A DNA stretch of 64,000 bases from an uncultured Gemmatimonadaceae bacterium (GCA_963716745.1 OY970320.1:256001-320000); one strand, 5' to 3'. Shown: positions 1 through 10,875, counted from the first letter of the stretch. The notes: generated by a model from the letters alone, not told the origin. Numbers and translations: made by a program.

Positions 1-554
1 GGTACGTGAATCGCGCGCCGGCGCTCGAACTGACGGCGCGCGGGCGCTCGTTCATCTACGCATTCTGGCACGGGGAGCAGTTGAGCCTGCTGTGGGCCTT
101 CCGCAAGACGGGCACGGCGATCCTGATCAGCGAGCACGGAGACGGCGAGATCGTGGCGCGCGCCGCGATCTCGCTCGGGTACAACACGGTGCGCGGCTCG
201 TCGTCGCGCAGCGCCGACCGCGCGCTGCTGCAACTCAGCCGCGAGCTGGAATCGGGGCGCGACATTGCCGTCACGCCCGACGGCCCGCGGGGACCTCGCC
301 ACAGCTTCGCGCCCGGCGCACTCATCGCGGCACATCGCGCCGGCGCGCCACTCGTCCCGCTGCGGTCCTTCGCGAGCCGTGCGTGGCGTCTCAAGAGCTG
401 GGATCAGTTCGAGATCCCCAAGCCCTTCGCGCGCGTCACGGTGGTGATGGGCGATCCCGTGTTCGTGCAAGCGCCGAGCGCGCGCGACGCGGCCGCACAG
501 ACCGACAAGTTCGCCGCGCTCATCTCCTCGCTCGAACTGCCGTCGAATGGCTGA
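1..554 (+). CDS. DUF374 / lysophospholipid acyltransferase-family protein (probably 5'-truncated by window edge)
   Basis: Motifs FWHG, LISEHGDGEI, RGSSSR, AVTPDGPRGPR, SWDQFEIPKPF; located directly upstream of lpxK. Confidence 0.85.
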   Translation, partial: YVNRAPALELTARGRSFIYAFWHGEQLSLLWAFRKTGTAILISEHGDGEIVARAAISLGYNTVRGSSSRSADRALLQLSRELESGRDIAVTPDGPRGPRHSFAPGALIAAHRAGAPLVPLRSFASRAWRLKSWDQFEIPKPFARVTVVMGDPVFVQAPSARDAAAQTDKFAALISSLELPSNG

Positions 555-1581
555 GCGGGGGATGAGCGGGCGGATCTGGTACGGGGAATCGCTCGGAGAC
601 CGCGTTGCGCGTCTCGCGCTCTCGCCGTTCGCGGCGCTGTACTCGCTCGGCGCCGCGGGGCGGTCGGCGCTCTATGACGCAGGCATTCTCACGGCCCACT
701 CGGGCGCGATCCCCGCCGTGAGCGTCGGGAACCTCACCGTGGGCGGCACGGGGAAGACGCCGTTCGCCGCGTGGCTCGCCGCGCAGCTTCACTCGCGCGG
801 CGCGCATCCGGCCACCGTGCTGCGCGGATACGGCGACGACGAGCCGTTGGTGCATCGGCTCTTGAATCCCGCCGTTCCGGTGATCGTCACCCCGGATCGC
901 GTGGCCGGGATCGTGAGCGCCACGCGGGCGGGCGCCGACATCGTGGTGTTGGACGATGCGTTCCAGCACCGGCGCGCCGCGCGCGCCGCGGACGTCGTGC
1001 TCGTGAGCGCCGACCGCTGGCCGGATCGCCCGCGGAGCCTGCCCGCCGGTCCGTTCCGCGAGCCGCTCTCCGCACTACGGCGTGCGACGTTGGTGGTCAT
1101 CACCGCCAAGGCCGCGGGGGCCGACGCCATCGCGCGGGTGCGGTCGGCGGTGCGCGCCTCCGCACCGGGCATTCCGGTCGCGGTAGCTCGCCTCGCACTC
1201 GCGGAGCTGCGCGGACCCGAGGGGAGCACCGCGAAGCCACTCGCCTCCCTGCGCGGGGCCAATGTGTGCGCGATCTCGGCCGTGGGTGACCCCGGCGCAT
1301 TCCGCGCGCAGCTCGAATCAGCCGGGGCGGTGGTGCGTGCGATCGAATTCCCGGACCATCACGCGTTCACAGCGGAAGAAGCCGGCGGCATTTCGGCTGC
1401 GCTCGCGCCCCGCGAGACCCCCGTGTGCACGCTCAAGGACTACGTGAAGCTCGCGGCGCTCTGGCCTCGCCAAGCGACGCCGTTGTGGTATGTTTCACAG
1501 CGATTGACCATGGAGGAGAACGCCGGCGCGATCGATGCGCTCGTCGATCAGCTCCTTCGCGTTCGTTCGACCCCAGCCTGA
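547..1581 (+). CDS. lpxK: tetraacyldisaccharide 4'-kinase
   Basis: VSVGNLTVGGTGKTP P-loop, LDDAFQH, LPAGPFREP, FPDHH, TLKDYVKL. Confidence 0.95.
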   Translation: MAERGMSGRIWYGESLGDRVARLALSPFAALYSLGAAGRSALYDAGILTAHSGAIPAVSVGNLTVGGTGKTPFAAWLAAQLHSRGAHPATVLRGYGDDEPLVHRLLNPAVPVIVTPDRVAGIVSATRAGADIVVLDDAFQHRRAARAADVVLVSADRWPDRPRSLPAGPFREPLSALRRATLVVITAKAAGADAIARVRSAVRASAPGIPVAVARLALAELRGPEGSTAKPLASLRGANVCAISAVGDPGAFRAQLESAGAVVRAIEFPDHHAFTAEEAGGISAALAPRETPVCTLKDYVKLAALWPRQATPLWYVSQRLTMEENAGAIDALVDQLLRVRSTPA

Positions 1582-1596
1582 CCCTTCCTCGCGATC

Positions 1597-2901
1597 ATGA
1601 CCGACCTGCGACGACCGACCTCCGAATTCGTACGTCCCGACAAGGACCGGTTCCTCGGTGAGATCAACCCGTACGAGGAGATGCTGTCGCGGCTGCGCCG
1701 CGCCGCGGATCTCCTGAAGCTGGAGGACGGGCTCTTCAAGGTGCTGAGCAATTGCGAGAAGCAGATCACCGTGTCGCTGCCGGTGGTGATGGACAACAAC
1801 TCCGTCGAGGTCTTCACCGGCTACCGCGTGCTCCACAACACGTCGCGCGGACCCGCGAAGGGCGGCATCCGCTTCGACATGCAGGTGAACATCGACGAAG
1901 TGAAGGCCCTCGCCGCGTGGATGACCTGGAAGTGCGCCGTCGTGAACATCCCGTTCGGCGGCGCCAAGGGCGGCGTGATCTGCGATCCGCTCAAGATGAG
2001 CCTGGGCGAGCTCGAACGCCTCACGCGCCGCTACACGGCCGGCATCATCGCGACCCTCGGCCCCGATTCCGACGTGCCGGCTCCCGACGTGAACACCAAC
2101 GAGCGCGTCATGGCGTGGGTGATGGACACCTACTCGATGCATGTGGGGCACACGGTCACGGCGGTCGTCACCGGCAAGCCGGTGGAACTCGGCGGCTCGC
2201 TCGGCCGGCGCGAGGCGACGGGGCGCGGCTGCATGTTCGTCACGAAGCAGGCGCTCGCGCACCTGGGCATGACGGTGAAGGGCACGACCGTCGCCGTGCA
2301 GGGATTCGGCAACGTCGGCTCGGTCACCGCCGATCTGCTCCAGCGCGAAGGCTGCACGATCGTCGCCATCGGCGACCGGTCGGGCGCGCATCACGATCCG
2401 AAGGGGATCGATGTGAAGGCCGCGATCAAGCACTACGCCGAGCACAAGTCGCTCGACTCGTTCAAGGCGGGCAAGCGGATCAGCAACGACGAGCTGCTCA
2501 CGCTCGGCGTGGACGTGCTCGTCCCGGCCGCGCTGGAGAACGTGATCACGGGCGCGAACGCGAAGAACATCCAGGCGAAGATCATCTGCGAGGGCGCGAA
2601 CGGCCCCACCACGTCCGACGCCGAGGAGATCCTCGACCAGAAGGGCGTGTTCGTGATCCCGGACATCCTCGCGAACGCGGGCGGCGTGACCGTCTCGTAT
2701 TTCGAATGGGTGCAGGATCGCGGCGGCTACTTCTGGGATGAGGAGACCGTGAACCGCCGGCTCGAGACGATCATGGTGCACAGCTTCGGCGACGTGCTGG
2801 CGCTCTCCAAGGAGCACAAGGTGAACATGCGGACGGCCGCGTACATGCTCGCGGTGTCGCGCGTGGCGAACGTGCACCGGCTCCGCGGCATCTTCGCGTG
2901 A
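1597..2901 (+). CDS. gdhA: Glu/Leu/Phe/Val dehydrogenase (glutamate dehydrogenase)
   Basis: [59 protein letters not shown]. Confidence 0.93.
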   Translation: MTDLRRPTSEFVRPDKDRFLGEINPYEEMLSRLRRAADLLKLEDGLFKVLSNCEKQITVSLPVVMDNNSVEVFTGYRVLHNTSRGPAKGGIRFDMQVNIDEVKALAAWMTWKCAVVNIPFGGAKGGVICDPLKMSLGELERLTRRYTAGIIATLGPDSDVPAPDVNTNERVMAWVMDTYSMHVGHTVTAVVTGKPVELGGSLGRREATGRGCMFVTKQALAHLGMTVKGTTVAVQGFGNVGSVTADLLQREGCTIVAIGDRSGAHHDPKGIDVKAAIKHYAEHKSLDSFKAGKRISNDELLTLGVDVLVPAALENVITGANAKNIQAKIICEGANGPTTSDAEEILDQKGVFVIPDILANAGGVTVSYFEWVQDRGGYFWDEETVNRRLETIMVHSFGDVLALSKEHKVNMRTAAYMLAVSRVANVHRLRGIFA

Positions 2902-2920
2902 CGGCAGTGGTGGCCGGTGG

Positions 2921-3388
2921 ATGAAGGTGCTCGTCGCGTCGGTGGGAGCACCGCGCGACGCGGCGCTCGCGTCGGCGATCCACGACTACGAGACTCGGGC
3001 GGCCCGCTACTGGCCGCTCGAAGTGCGCGAGGCGCGAGCGGAGCCGGGCCGCGGCGCATCACCTGCCTCGATCAGCGCCAAGGAAGGAGAGCGGCTGCTC
3101 GCGCTGGTGCCGTCCGGCGCCCTCGTGGTGGCGTGCGATGCCGGCGGCCGCACGATGACGTCCGAGGAATTCGCGGCGTGGCTGCAGCGCGAGCGGGAGA
3201 CGGCGGCGCACGATGTCGCGTTCATGATCGGCGGCGCGTTCGGTCTCTCCGAGCCGGTGAAGAGAGCGGCGCGCCGAACCCTGTCGCTCGCGCCATGGAC
3301 GTTGCCGCACGAATTGGCGCGACTCGTGCTCGCCGAGCAGTTGTATCGCGCCGGCACGATCCGGCGCGGCGAGCCGTACCACAAGTGA
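2921..3388 (+). CDS. rlmH: 23S rRNA (pseudouridine1915-N3)-methyltransferase
   Basis: SPOUT motifs FMIGGAFGL, TLPHELARLVLAEQLYRA, GEPYHK. Confidence 0.95.
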   Translation: MKVLVASVGAPRDAALASAIHDYETRAARYWPLEVREARAEPGRGASPASISAKEGERLLALVPSGALVVACDAGGRTMTSEEFAAWLQRERETAAHDVAFMIGGAFGLSEPVKRAARRTLSLAPWTLPHELARLVLAEQLYRAGTIRRGEPYHK

Positions 3389-3410
3389 TCCGCATGACGC
3401 GGAGTGCCTC

Positions 3411-4973
3411 GTGAGCGAGCCGCGCGTGCTGTCGCGCCCGCTCGGAGCCTCGCGCCTCGCCGCCGCCGCGATGGACGGCGCGCTCGATGACTCGTGGTTC
3501 CCGCCGGCGCCCGCCGATGCCGCTGCCTGGGCCGCGCTCGCGGGATCGCGGCGCGCGGCGTTCGCCGCGCACGATTGGCACGCGGCGCTCGCGCCGGCGT
3601 TCAGCGCCTCGGGACTCGCGGCCGAGCGGCTCGCGCGAAGCGCCGGCGGACGCGGCATCGTCGTCACCACGGGCCAGCAGCCGGGACTCTTCGGCGGCCC
3701 GATGTACACCTGGAGCAAGGCGCTCAGCACGCTCGCGCTGGCCGATGCGCTCGAGCGCGCCACGAACATCCCGGTGGCGCCGGTCTTCTGGGCGGCCACG
3801 TACGACTCGGATCTCGCCGAAGCGTCCGTTACGTATGTGGCGCGCGATGGCGACGTGGAGCGGCTCGCGATGACGCCGCCCGCCGTGACCGACCGCCGCA
3901 TGTACGACACGCCGCTCGGCGACGTGCGACTCCTGGCGGCGATGCTCGAGCGCGCGTCCGGCGCGGCGGTGGACCGGACCGTGCTCGATGCCATGCGCAA
4001 GGCGTACGATCCGTCGCATACGATCGGCAGCGCGTTCGTCGCGCTGCTCCGCGGCGTGCTCGAGCCGCTCGGCATCGCGGTGCTCGATGCGGGTCACCCG
4101 GCCGTGACCGCGGCGGGGCGTTCATGCGCGAGCGCGGCACTCGCGGCCGCGCCCGCGATCGACGCGGCGCTGCGGGCGCGTGAGGGAGAACTGCGCGCGG
4201 CGGGATTCGAGCCCAAGGTCCCGATAGTGAAAGGACTTTCGCTCGTGTTCGCCGTGCGCGACGGGGTGCGGCGGCGGATCCCGATCGCCGAAGCGGGGGC
4301 GGCATCGGGCGACCTCGAGGCCAACGTGTTGCTCCGGCCGATCGTGGAGCAGGCGATCCTGCCCACCGCGGCGTACGTCGCCGGGCCCGGCGAGATCGCG
4401 TATTTCACGCAGGTGAGCGCTGTCGCGCGCGCGATGAAGTCGCCGCCGGTGATCGCGGTGCCACGCTGGGCGGGCATGATCATCGAGCCGCATGTGACGC
4501 GCATCCTCGCGCGCCACGCACTTTCGCCCGACGATCTCCACGACCCGCACGCGACCGATTCGCGCCTCGCGCGGCGCCAGATGCCGGCCGCGGTGGAAGC
4601 CGCGCTCGCGAATTATCGCGCGTCGCTCGACAGCGCGAACACGGCGCTCGCCGAAGCGGTGCACAGCGAGCGCACGCCGCTCACGCCCGATCCCGTGCTC
4701 GAGGGCGCGCGCCGATCCATCGCGCACCGGCTCGACCGGCTCGAGCGCCGGCTCGTTGCCGCGGTGAAGCATCGCGAGCGCGACCTGATGCACGATCTCG
4801 CGGTCGCCCGCGCCTCGCTCTTCCCGCTCGGGCACGCGCAGGAGCGCGAGCTGAACTTCATCCCGTTCCTCGCGCGCCACGGGGCTCCGCTCCTCGGCGC
4901 AATGCGCGACGCCGCCGAAGTGCACGCGACCGCGCTCGTGGCGCCACGCGCGGCCCCGGCGAACAGGACGTGA
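3411..4973 (+). CDS. bshC: bacillithiol biosynthesis protein BshC
   Basis: VTTGQQPGLFGGPMYT, PVFW, NVLLRPIVEQAILPTAAYVAGPGEIAYF, QERELN. Confidence 0.9.
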   Translation: MSEPRVLSRPLGASRLAAAAMDGALDDSWFPPAPADAAAWAALAGSRRAAFAAHDWHAALAPAFSASGLAAERLARSAGGRGIVVTTGQQPGLFGGPMYTWSKALSTLALADALERATNIPVAPVFWAATYDSDLAEASVTYVARDGDVERLAMTPPAVTDRRMYDTPLGDVRLLAAMLERASGAAVDRTVLDAMRKAYDPSHTIGSAFVALLRGVLEPLGIAVLDAGHPAVTAAGRSCASAALAAAPAIDAALRAREGELRAAGFEPKVPIVKGLSLVFAVRDGVRRRIPIAEAGAASGDLEANVLLRPIVEQAILPTAAYVAGPGEIAYFTQVSAVARAMKSPPVIAVPRWAGMIIEPHVTRILARHALSPDDLHDPHATDSRLARRQMPAAVEAALANYRASLDSANTALAEAVHSERTPLTPDPVLEGARRSIAHRLDRLERRLVAAVKHRERDLMHDLAVARASLFPLGHAQERELNFIPFLARHGAPLLGAMRDAAEVHATALVAPRAAPANRT

Positions 4974-6556
4974 CCGCGGCCGGCGCGCCGCGCGAGGAAC
5001 AGACGGGCCGCGGCGCGGTGCACGTCGGGACGGGGATCCTCGCCAGCCGCGTATTCGGGCTCATTCGCCAGCGCGCGCTCGCGCACTATCTCGGTCTCTC
5101 GTTCGCGGCGGATGCCTTCAACGCGGCGTTCCGCATTCCGAACTTCCTGCAGAATCTCTTCGGCGAAGGGGTCCTGTCGGCGTCGTTCATCCCCGTGTAT
5201 GCGCGCTTGATCGCGGAGGGCGACGAAGCCGAAGCGACGCGCACCGCCGGCGCGATCGGCACGCTGCTCACGCTCACCACGGCGGTGCTCGTCCTCATCG
5301 GCGTGCTCGCGACGCCGCTGTTGATCGGGCTCATCGCGCCCGGATTCACGGGCGACAAGCGCCAACTCACGATCGTGCTGGTGCAGATCCTCTTCCCGGG
5401 CGCGGGGCTGCTCGTGATCTCCGCGTGGTGCCTCGGGATCCAGAACAGCCACCGGAAGTTCCTGCTGTCGTACAGCGCACCGATCGTGTGGAATGTGGCG
5501 ATCATCGCCGCACTCGTGGCGAAGGGTGGCAGCGATGCCCCGGCGTCGCTGGCCGTGGTCGCGGCGGGCGCGTCGGTCGTCGGCAGCGCGCTGCAACTCA
5601 TGGTGCAGCTGCCCACGGTGTTCCGTCTCGTGCCGCGGATCGCGCCGTCCCTGGGCCGCGGCTCGGAGCATGTGCGAACAGTGATCCGGAATTTCGTGCC
5701 GGTGTTCGTCGGACGCGGCGTGGTGCAGATCAGCGCATACGTGGACACGATGATCGCGAGCTTCCTGCCGGGCGGCGCCGTGGCGGCCCTCGCGAGCGCG
5801 CAGGTGCTCTACACGCTGCCGGTGAGTCTGTTCGGTATGGCGGTCTCGGCGGCCGAGCTGCCGGCGATGTCGAGCGTCGCGGGAGAACGCGACGAGATCG
5901 CAGCCGCGCTCCGCACGCGTCTCGAGCGAGGTCTCCGGCGCATCGCGTTCTTCGTGCTGCCGTCCGGCATCGCGTTCATCGCACTGGGCGACATCGTGGC
6001 CGGCGCACTCTTCCAGACCGGCCGGTTCACCCACGCCGACACGATCTACGTGTGGGGGATCCTCGCCGGCTCGGCCGTGGGATTGCTCGCATCCACGTTG
6101 GGCCGCTTGTACGCGTCGGCGTACTACGCGCTGCGCGATACGCGGACGCCGCTCCGTTTCGCCACGATTCGCGTCGTGCTCACGGTGGTGCTGGGCCTTC
6201 TGTTCGCGTTCCCCTTGCCGAAACTCCTCGGCATCGACGCCTCCTGGGGCGCCGCCGGGCTCACTGCGTCGGCGGGCATCGCCGGTTGGGTGGAATTCGC
6301 ACTCCTGCGCCGCGGGCTGAACGCGCGCATTGGCCGCACCGGCTTGCCCATGCGGTTCACGCTCCAGCTCGAACTCGCCGCCGCCGCCGGCGCGGCCGCC
6401 GCGTGGGCCATCAAGATCGCCTCGAACGTGCATCAGCCCGTGCTGCTCGCCGTCATTACGCTGGTGCCGTATGGCGCGGTGTATCTTGGCGTGGCAACGG
6501 CGATGGCGGTGCCCGAGGCGCGCGACGCCCTCGCGCGCGTGACGCGGCGCCGGTAG
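4970..6556 (+). CDS. murJ: lipid II flippase MurJ
   Basis: SRVFGLIRQ, ADAFNAAFRIPNFLQNLFGEGVLSASFIPVY, YALRDTRTP; multiple TM segments. Confidence 0.95.
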   Translation: MTAAGAPREEQTGRGAVHVGTGILASRVFGLIRQRALAHYLGLSFAADAFNAAFRIPNFLQNLFGEGVLSASFIPVYARLIAEGDEAEATRTAGAIGTLLTLTTAVLVLIGVLATPLLIGLIAPGFTGDKRQLTIVLVQILFPGAGLLVISAWCLGIQNSHRKFLLSYSAPIVWNVAIIAALVAKGGSDAPASLAVVAAGASVVGSALQLMVQLPTVFRLVPRIAPSLGRGSEHVRTVIRNFVPVFVGRGVVQISAYVDTMIASFLPGGAVAALASAQVLYTLPVSLFGMAVSAAELPAMSSVAGERDEIAAALRTRLERGLRRIAFFVLPSGIAFIALGDIVAGALFQTGRFTHADTIYVWGILAGSAVGLLASTLGRLYASAYYALRDTRTPLRFATIRVVLTVVLGLLFAFPLPKLLGIDASWGAAGLTASAGIAGWVEFALLRRGLNARIGRTGLPMRFTLQLELAAAAGAAAAWAIKIASNVHQPVLLAVITLVPYGAVYLGVATAMAVPEARDALARVTRRR

Positions 6557-6594
6557 CGGCCGCCACCCTTTTCGCGGGCGTTATCTTTCGAGCA

Positions 6595-8451
6595 ATGCCC
6601 CGGCAACCGCTCGCGGCTCTCGCCGCCAAGATCGCAACGCTCCCCGAATCCCCCGGAGTCTATCTCTGGAAGGACGCGGAGGGACAGGTGCTGTACGTCG
6701 GGAAGGCGAACAAGCTGCGCTCGCGCGTGCGGAACTATTTAGCCGGTGAGGCGCTCGAGAACAACAAGACGCGCGTGATGATGCGCCAGGCGGTGGACAT
6801 CGAGACCATCGTCGTCCCCAGCGAGGTGCACGCGCTCATCCTCGAATCGAATCTCATCAAGGAGCATCATCCGCGGTACAACATCCTGTTGCGCGACGAC
6901 AAGTCGTATCCGTTCATCAAGGTGACGGTGCAGGAGCCGTTCCCGCGCGTGATGGTCACGCGGCGCGTGCTGAGCGACGGGTCGCGCTATTTCGGACCCT
7001 ACACCGATGTCGGTGCGATGCGGCGCGCGCTGAACCTTGTGAATCGCATCTTCACGGTGCGGTCGTGCACCTACGACATGCCGAACGAAATGCCGGAGCG
7101 CGCCTGCCTCGACTACCACATCGGCCGCTGCAAGGCGCCCTGCATCTTCCTGCAGACCCAGGCCGACTACCGCGCGATGATCGACGAAGTGCTGCTCTTC
7201 CTCGACGGACGCGCGCGCGAGGTGATGCGCCGCGTGCGGGAGCGCATGGATGCCGCCGCGGCGGCGCTCGATTACGAGCGCGCGGGCGAGATGCGCGACA
7301 TGCTCGCCGCGCTCGAGAAAATGGAGGAGCCCACTGTCATCGTGGAGGTGGAGGGCGGCGACCGCGACGTGATCGGCTACGCGCGCGATGGCGACGAGGG
7401 ATGCGTGGTGATGCTGCGGATCCGCGGCGGAAAGTTGCTCGCGCGCGAGCACCAGTACGTGGCGAACCTCGTGGGCGAGACCGATGCGACGGTGCTCGCG
7501 GCGTACCTCACGCGCGCGTACATCCCGCTGGCGGACCGCGCCGCCGAGTTGATCGCGCCCTTCGAGTTCGACGATCGTGCCACGATCGAGGCCGCGCTCC
7601 CAGGCACCACGGTGCGGATCCCGCAGCGCGGCTCACGCCGCGAGTTGGTGGATCTCGCCGAGCAGAATGCGCGCCACTTGATGGAGGAGCTGCGCCTTGC
7701 CACCGCCGACACCGACGAGCGCGCCGCCGACCCCGTGTACGAGTTGCAGCGCGAACTCGGGCTCTCCAGAGTGCCGCGCGCCCTCGTGTGTTTCGACATC
7801 TCCACGGCGCAGGGCACCGACACGGTGGCCTCCTGCGTTTGGTTCGAGAATGGCCGGCCGAAACGCGCGGAGTATCGCAAGCTCAAGATCCGGACCGTGG
7901 AAGGCACCGACGACTTCGCTTCGATGAAGGAGGCCGTGAGCCGTTACTTCCAGCGCCGCATCGACGAGTCGCGCGCGCTCCCCGATCTCGTGCTCATCGA
8001 CGGCGGCAAGGGCCAGCTCGGCGTCGCGCGCGAAGCGCTCGACGCGCTCGGCCTGCAGAAGATGGAGCTCGCGAGCCTCGCCAAGCGCGAAGAGGAAGTG
8101 TTCCTCCCCGGCCGCCAGGAACCGCTGCGCATCGCGCGCCGCTCGCCGGCGCTCCGCCTGCTGCAGCGCGCGCGCGACGAAGCGCACCGCTTCGCCATCA
8201 CGTACAATCGCAAGCGGCGCTCGATGCGCACCGTCACATCCGAACTGCTGAGCATTCCCGGCGTCGGACCGCGCAAACGCAGCGCGCTGCTTCATGCATT
8301 CGGCAGTCTGCAGGGCGTGCGCGATGCGAGCGTGGAAGACATTGCGCGATTGCCCGGCTTCAGCGCCACCGGCGCACAGAAGCTCCTCGATCTGCTCCGC
8401 GCGCGCGACGTGATCGCCGCGGCCCCCGCGTCACCTTCAACCACCGAGTGA
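6595..8451 (+). CDS. uvrC: excinuclease ABC subunit C
   Basis: GIY-YIG domain (PGVYLWKD...LYVGKA), YNILLRDDKSYP, CFDIS, LIDGGKGQL, RDEAHRFA, C-terminal HhH; start taken at ATG 6595 inside the longer listed ORF. Confidence 0.96.
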   Translation: MPRQPLAALAAKIATLPESPGVYLWKDAEGQVLYVGKANKLRSRVRNYLAGEALENNKTRVMMRQAVDIETIVVPSEVHALILESNLIKEHHPRYNILLRDDKSYPFIKVTVQEPFPRVMVTRRVLSDGSRYFGPYTDVGAMRRALNLVNRIFTVRSCTYDMPNEMPERACLDYHIGRCKAPCIFLQTQADYRAMIDEVLLFLDGRAREVMRRVRERMDAAAAALDYERAGEMRDMLAALEKMEEPTVIVEVEGGDRDVIGYARDGDEGCVVMLRIRGGKLLAREHQYVANLVGETDATVLAAYLTRAYIPLADRAAELIAPFEFDDRATIEAALPGTTVRIPQRGSRRELVDLAEQNARHLMEELRLATADTDERAADPVYELQRELGLSRVPRALVCFDISTAQGTDTVASCVWFENGRPKRAEYRKLKIRTVEGTDDFASMKEAVSRYFQRRIDESRALPDLVLIDGGKGQLGVAREALDALGLQKMELASLAKREEEVFLPGRQEPLRIARRSPALRLLQRARDEAHRFAITYNRKRRSMRTVTSELLSIPGVGPRKRSALLHAFGSLQGVRDASVEDIARLPGFSATGAQKLLDLLRARDVIAAAPASPSTTE

Positions 8452-8452
8452 G

Positions 8453-9598
8453 ATGACCCCCTGGTCCCTGGAATGCTCCGCGTGCGGCCACACGGAGGCG
8501 GGCGATACGCGCGCCAGCGTGTGCCCCAAGTGCGGACAGCCGTACCTCGTCCGGTACTCGGTGCTGCCGCGTTCGCGGGAAGCGCTCCTGCCGCGCTGGG
8601 ACATGTGGCGCTACTCGGCGTTCCTCCCGCTGCTCCCGAACGAATCGCCGGTCGCGCTCGGCGAAGGCGGTACGCCATTGCAAGAGTTGCCCAAGCTCGC
8701 GCGAACGCTCGGCGTCGCGCAGCTGTGGGTGAAGGACGAAGGCCTCAATCCGACGGCAAGCTTCAAGGCGCGCGGCATGAGCGCCGCCGTCACGCGGGCC
8801 CGCGCGCTCGGCGTGCCGGGTCTCGTGGTGCCCACCGCGGGCAACGCCGGCGCCGCGCTCGCCGCGTATGGCGCTGCCGCCGGCATCCCCGTGCGGGTGT
8901 ACGCGCCTGAGACCACGCCGGCTACGATCCTTGCCACGATCCGCGCGCTCGGCGCCGAGCTGATCACGCTGCCCGGACACATTGGCGACTCGGGGAAGGC
9001 CGCGCGCGCATTCGCCGCCGAGTCGGGCTGGATGGACGTGAGCACGCTGCGCGAGCCCTATCGCATCGAAGGCAAGAAGACGATGGGCATCGAACTCGCG
9101 GAGCAGTTCGACTGGACACTGCCGGACGTGATCCTCTATCCGACCGGCGGCGGCACCGGGCTCATCGGGATGTGGAAGGCCTTCGCGGAATTGCGCGAGC
9201 ACGGCTGGATCGCGTTATCGGTCGCGATGCCGCGGATGATCACGGCGCAGGCCACCGGCTGCGCTCCGATCGTGCGCGCATTCGCGGCGGGAGCGGATCG
9301 CGCTGAGCCATGGGTGGATCCGGAGACCCACGCGAGCGGACTTCGCGTGCCGGGGCCGCTCGGCGACCGTCTTATTCTGCGCGCGTTGCGAGAGAGCAAG
9401 GGCGACGCGGGCGCCGCCGGCGAGGATGAGATCCGAGCGGCGACGCTCGAACTCTCGCGCGCGAGCGGCGTGGATGCGGCGCCCGAGGGCGGGTGCGCGC
9501 TCGCGGTGTGCCGGTCGCTCGTGAGGTCCGGCCGGATCGCAAAGGGCGCCCGCGTGGTGCTCTTCAATACGGGGAGCGGGGCGTCATACCGCGACTAG
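8453..9598 (+). CDS. thrC: threonine synthase (PLP-dependent, N-terminal Zn ribbon)
   Basis: CxxC..CxxC, LGEGGTPL, KDEGLNPTASFKARG, PYRIEGKKT, PTGGGTG. Confidence 0.88.
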   Translation: MTPWSLECSACGHTEAGDTRASVCPKCGQPYLVRYSVLPRSREALLPRWDMWRYSAFLPLLPNESPVALGEGGTPLQELPKLARTLGVAQLWVKDEGLNPTASFKARGMSAAVTRARALGVPGLVVPTAGNAGAALAAYGAAAGIPVRVYAPETTPATILATIRALGAELITLPGHIGDSGKAARAFAAESGWMDVSTLREPYRIEGKKTMGIELAEQFDWTLPDVILYPTGGGTGLIGMWKAFAELREHGWIALSVAMPRMITAQATGCAPIVRAFAAGADRAEPWVDPETHASGLRVPGPLGDRLILRALRESKGDAGAAGEDEIRAATLELSRASGVDAAPEGGCALAVCRSLVRSGRIAKGARVVLFNTGSGASYRD

Positions 9599-9633
9599 CC
9601 CGAAATGCAGTTGCGGGGATAAGTTTCCCTGCT

Positions 9634-10863
9634 ATGAAGATCGCGATCCTCGATCCGTTCAGTGGCATCTCGGGCGACATGATGCTCGGGGCGCTGGTGG
9701 ACGCCGGCCTCGATGCCGACTGGTTGCGTGCGCTGCCCGCCCGGCTTGGCCTCGATGGCGTGACGGTGCGCATCGAGCGCGTCCAGCGGGCGGGCATCTC
9801 GTGCGCGAAGGTGGACCTCGAGATCCCGCCGCAGCCGCACGGCCGCCATCTCAAGGAGATCCGCGGGATCATCGAGCGCGCGGCGCTTCCGGCTGCCGTG
9901 AGCGCCCGTGCGCTCGCCGCGTTCACCGCGCTCACCGAGGTGGAGGGCGCGATCCACGGCGTCTCGCCGGAAAAGGTGCATCTGCACGAAGTGGGCGCTG
10001 TTGATGCGATCGTCGACATCGTGGGATCGGTATGGGGCCTGGCTGAACTCGGGATCGACACCGTGTACTGCGGCGCGATCACCGTAGGCGACGGGAGCGT
10101 CACCGCGGCGCACGGTGTGCTTCCTGTGCCGGCGCCGGCCACGCTGCGGCTGCTCGAAGGACAGGTGATCCGTCCGGGGCCCGAGGGTGCGGGCGAGCTC
10201 GTGACGCCCACGGGAGCCGTGCTGGTGCGCGTGCTCTCGAGCGGGCCGCCGCCGGCGTCATACATTCCCCTGCGCAGTGGATTCGGCGCGGGCACGCGCG
10301 ATCCGCACGGGCGCCCGAACGCGCTCAGGGTGGTGCTCGCCGAGGCCGCCTCGAGCGAGGCGCTCCTGGTGGAGCAGTTGGTGTTGCTCAGCACCGACAT
10401 CGACGACATGGACGGCGAGTCGCTCGCTGCCGCCGCCGACGCCGTTCGCGCGGCGGGCGCGCTCGATGTCGTGCTCATTCCGACGGTCATGAAGAAGGGC
10501 CGCCCCGGCGTGCGCGTGGACGTGCTGTCCACCGCGGCGCTCGCCGGCGCGCTCGAGAACGCGTTGCTCACCCAGACGTCGGCGATCGGCGTCCGGCGCA
10601 CGATGGTGGAACGACACGCGCTGCCCCGGGAGGAGCGCGTGGTGCAGGTGCTCGGTCGCGACGTGCGCGTCAAATTCGTCACGACGCCCGGTGGCACCAT
10701 CCGCGGCAAAGCGGAGTATGAAGACCTGGCGCGCGTGGCCGCCGAGAGCGGCCGTCCGTTGCGCGAGGTGCAGGGCCTTGCTCGTGTCGCCGCGGATCAC
10801 GCGGCTCGCATGCTGGTCGAATCGATCGGGGCGGGGCAGGTCCCGCCGCATCACCAACACTAA
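9634..10863 (+). CDS. larC: nickel-pincer cofactor biosynthesis protein LarC
   Basis: DPFSGISGDMMLGAL, HLHEVGAVDAIVDIVG, HGVLPVPAPAT, GELVTPTGA, MKKGRPG, KAEYED. Confidence 0.93.
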   Translation: MKIAILDPFSGISGDMMLGALVDAGLDADWLRALPARLGLDGVTVRIERVQRAGISCAKVDLEIPPQPHGRHLKEIRGIIERAALPAAVSARALAAFTALTEVEGAIHGVSPEKVHLHEVGAVDAIVDIVGSVWGLAELGIDTVYCGAITVGDGSVTAAHGVLPVPAPATLRLLEGQVIRPGPEGAGELVTPTGAVLVRVLSSGPPPASYIPLRSGFGAGTRDPHGRPNALRVVLAEAASSEALLVEQLVLLSTDIDDMDGESLAAAADAVRAAGALDVVLIPTVMKKGRPGVRVDVLSTAALAGALENALLTQTSAIGVRRTMVERHALPREERVVQVLGRDVRVKFVTTPGGTIRGKAEYEDLARVAAESGRPLREVQGLARVAADHAARMLVESIGAGQVPPHHQH

Positions 10864-10875
10864 GGAGATCTGTCC

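Noticed and set aside
5425..6594. 390-aa N-terminal extension of UvrC
   Set aside because: Alternative frame over murJ; the real start is ATG 6595, after a -10 box.
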